This document shows positions 63,382 through 64,000 of a stretch of DNA of 64,000 nt, piece after piece. Below the pieces are notes generated by a model. The model made no database searches and was not told the DNA's origin. It saw nothing but the letters and a program-made list of their open reading frames with translations. The translations under genes and the position numbers were made by a program. Numbering within the stretch: position 1 is the first letter of the stretch; each line of letters opens with the position of its first letter. This DNA comes from an uncultured Actinomycetota bacterium. GTDB taxonomy: Bacteria > Actinomycetota > Actinomycetes > JACCUZ01. The stretch covers positions 324,353 to 388,352 of the forward strand of contig CAWBMM010000002.1 of NCBI GenBank assembly GCA_963789855.1, given 5' to 3'.

Positions 63382-64000
63382 ATGAGCACCATCCCGGGCC
63401 GCTACCGCGAGGTCTCCGTCGCCACCGTCGACGTACCCCTGGCGGCCGAGACGCTGCGCGCGCTGCTCACCTCGCGGCCCGTCTACCGACGCACGAGGTA
63501 CGTCGTCGTGCGCCTCGGCGACGACACTGCGCTGGTCGAGGTGCACCCGACCCCGACGGGGGCGCTCTTCCATGGGGTCGCCGACATCACCCTGCTGGCG
63601 ACACCCGAGGAGACGGCCTACCTGCGCCGCCCGGACGTCGACACCGGCGTCCCCAGCGAGCTGGTCCGGGCGGCCCAGGACGCGCCGGGTGCGCGCTGCG
63701 TCGTCGTCGAGGGCAGGCACGGTCACGTCAACTTCGTGCTCGACCCCGACCCCGTCCGGCTGCACGTCGTCGACGTCGCTCCGCCGCGGCCGGCGAAGCT
63801 CGTCGACCAGGTCCATCGGGTGCTGCAGACCGCGGACGACCTGCCCGCGATACTCCCGGTGCCGCACGTCATCGAGCTGTCCGACCTGCTGCCGGCAGAG
63901 CCGATCGAGCACGTCCTGCTGCAGTGCCGCGGCGGCGGCATGGAGGTCGCGGGTGCGACGGTTTCCTACCTCGACGAGGTCCCCCCGCACGCGGACTGGA
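63382..64000 (+). CDS. Hypothetical protein, 5' partial view (runs off the window)
   Basis: ATG at 63382, then 206 codons without a stop to the window end. Strongly GC3-rich. It is absent from the ORF track because no stop is reached. MSTIPGRYREVSVATVDVPLAAETLRALL… No family recognised. Confidence 0.45.
   Translation, partial: MSTIPGRYREVSVATVDVPLAAETLRALLTSRPVYRRTRYVVVRLGDDTALVEVHPTPTGALFHGVADITLLATPEETAYLRRPDVDTGVPSELVRAAQDAPGARCVVVEGRHGHVNFVLDPDPVRLHVVDVAPPRPAKLVDQVHRVLQTADDLPAILPVPHVIELSDLLPAEPIEHVLLQCRGGGMEVAGATVSYLDEVPPHADW

Noticed and set aside
63262-63990. 242-aa minus-strand ORF at the window end.
   Set aside because: It lies antisense to a plus-strand frame that is open for 206 codons from an ATG 11 nt after the ComA-like stop, with strong GC3 bias. 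Its own translation is Arg-rich and shadow-like.

Overview
Very GC-rich actinobacterial chromosomal segment. The high GC creates many long spurious antisense ORFs in the track. The backbone is a conserved housekeeping block: PLD-like gene, LuxR regulator, DUF3151, fba, tspO, two DedA paralogs, pyrE, a form-II CO-dehydrogenase-like coxS-L-M-G set, an aminotransferase, clpB, hspR-dnaJ-grpE-dnaK with HAIR operators, an M4 metalloprotease, an Rv0338c-like Fe-S reductase, dcd and tRNA-Gly(CCC). From memory, the gene order resembles the mycobacterial Rv0321-Rv0384 region. Three accessory items stand out. (1) A 16.9-kb integrative element sits in tRNA-Gly(CCC), bounded by a perfect 47-bp direct repeat (38500-38546 = 55385-55431). 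It carries an excisionase-like gene at one end, a tyrosine integrase at the other, a decayed MOBF-type relaxase/helicase, a probable 5' fragment of a group II intron, and cargo including a SARP/NB-ARC/TPR regulator. (2) A 1.3-kb cassette holds a single DUF559 (endonuclease-fold) gene boxed in by 79-bp inverted repeats with nested hairpins. (3) Right of the island lies an uncharacterised cluster: non-canonical radical-SAM, GNAT, AIR-synthase-like and GT4 genes (Nit1C / MSMEG_0565-0572-like, no nitrilase visible) combined with FdrA, carbamate kinase and a phosphosulfolactate-synthase-like gene. I rate this cluster the best candidate for an undescribed system. Caveats: indel frameshifts are concentrated in discrete patches (coxL; clpB 5' end through dnaK; relaxase) while neighbouring kilobases are clean. 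This looks more like local sequence-quality problems than biology. Five minus-strand genes also have short tandem duplications spanning their stop codons. No rRNA genes or CRISPR arrays were seen.
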